Source: Helicobacter cetorum (GTDB lineage Bacteria; Campylobacterota; Campylobacteria; Campylobacterales; UBA6016). Taken from it: DNA of 64,000 nt. Positions within the stretch are counted from its first letter, which is position 1, and the number at the start of each line of letters is the position of its first letter. A program made the position numbers and the translations under genes. Positions 63,564 to 64,000 of this stretch are shown in pieces. A model generated the notes under the pieces. That model worked only from the letters and a program-made list of their open reading frames with translations, was not told the origin of the DNA and did not search any database. Where the stretch lies: NCBI GenBank assembly GCA_022729705.1, contig DZAX01000011.1, forward strand, positions 1,063 to 65,062, written 5' to 3'.

Positions 63564-64000
63564 ATGGCAAAAGATAAAGAGAGAAAAACTGATTTTATGA
63601 TGGAAGAGGAGGTGCTAAATACTCACCTCTCCATCGACAGAGCTTTTTCGGGTGATATTATAGAGCTTGAAAAGGGTAAGTGTGTAGTAACGTTTACCGG
63701 AACAAAAGAGATGAAAATAGACGAGCTTGGTCTTGTGCATGTAGGTTTTATATTTGGTGCGGCTGATTTTGCGGCAATGGCGGCCGTTAACGAGCCAAAT
63801 GTGACGCTCGCAGACGTAAGTGCTAAATTTTTAGCTCCCGTCGAGGTTGGCAAGACGGTTATTTTTACCGCTACGTCTAGTCATATTAGCACAAGAACAA
63901 GAGATGTAAGCGTAGTTGGAGTAATGGGCGAGATAAAGGTGTTTGAAGGGGTATTTAAAGCTGTTGTTTTGGATAGACATCCGCTAAAGATAAAATTGTC
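63564..64000 (+). CDS. hotdog-fold (PaaI-type) thioesterase, 3' end off the window
   Basis: Not in the ORF track (no stop). ATG 63564 with an AGAGGGA RBS. ...LGLVHVGFIFGAADFAAMAAVNEPNVTLADVSAKFLAPVEVGKTV is a hotdog-fold pattern. Confidence 0.6.
   Translation, partial: MAKDKERKTDFMMEEEVLNTHLSIDRAFSGDIIELEKGKCVVTFTGTKEMKIDELGLVHVGFIFGAADFAAMAAVNEPNVTLADVSAKFLAPVEVGKTVIFTATSSHISTRTRDVSVVGVMGEIKVFEGVFKAVVLDRHPLKIKL

Overview
The window looks like a Campylobacterota chromosome segment. The gene orders yajC-secD-secF-leuS-lptE with divergent lnt, and fliL-acpS, match Campylobacter. I found no rRNA, tRNA or CRISPR array.

Layout:
- 1-18 kb: a minus-strand housekeeping block (MCP fragment, endoIII-like, ymdB, mfd, ccmA plus M23 peptidase, folC, GGDEF protein, lptE, leuS, secF, secD, yajC). 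A visibly AT-rich type II R-M pair sits between mfd and ymdB.
- 18-47 kb: lnt, a CetB/CetA-like energy-taxis pair, fliL, acpS, thiS-like, argD, an HsbR/HsbA-like partner-switch pair (REC-PP2C-RsbW-kinase fusion plus STAS), pstCAB, a DHH phosphoesterase cluster, phoX-tatB-tatC-queA, ruvX, valS, a membrane HAMP-PP2C sensor, fliW, a PCuAC/Sco1 copper operon, and a TonB-receptor/YfiR-like/histidine-kinase trio.
- 47-64 kb: a 6.1 kb island (HigBA-like TA pair, IS remnant, type III R-M) bounded by perfect 242-bp direct repeats that duplicate the kinase 3' end. After it come a pglE-like aminotransferase, a Cache MCP, a five-gene exported-protein operon, a pepD fragment, a small lipoprotein ORF, cmoB and a hotdog thioesterase.

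Main hunting results:
1. Five copies of a 100-135 bp multi-hairpin repeat. They show compensatory base changes, terminal inverted repeats and, for one copy, a 7-bp target-site duplication. The copies bracket three operons. This is a candidate new structured MITE or ncRNA family.
2. A G8 homopolymer switches off the signal-peptide-bearing first gene of the five-gene exported-protein operon. G9 would restore a 225-aa protein.
3. That operon appears to sit inside a disrupted pepD.
4. The repeat-bounded R-M/TA island.
5. An HsbR/HsbA-type partner switch.
6. Two perfect 63-bp tandem repeats between fliL and acpS.
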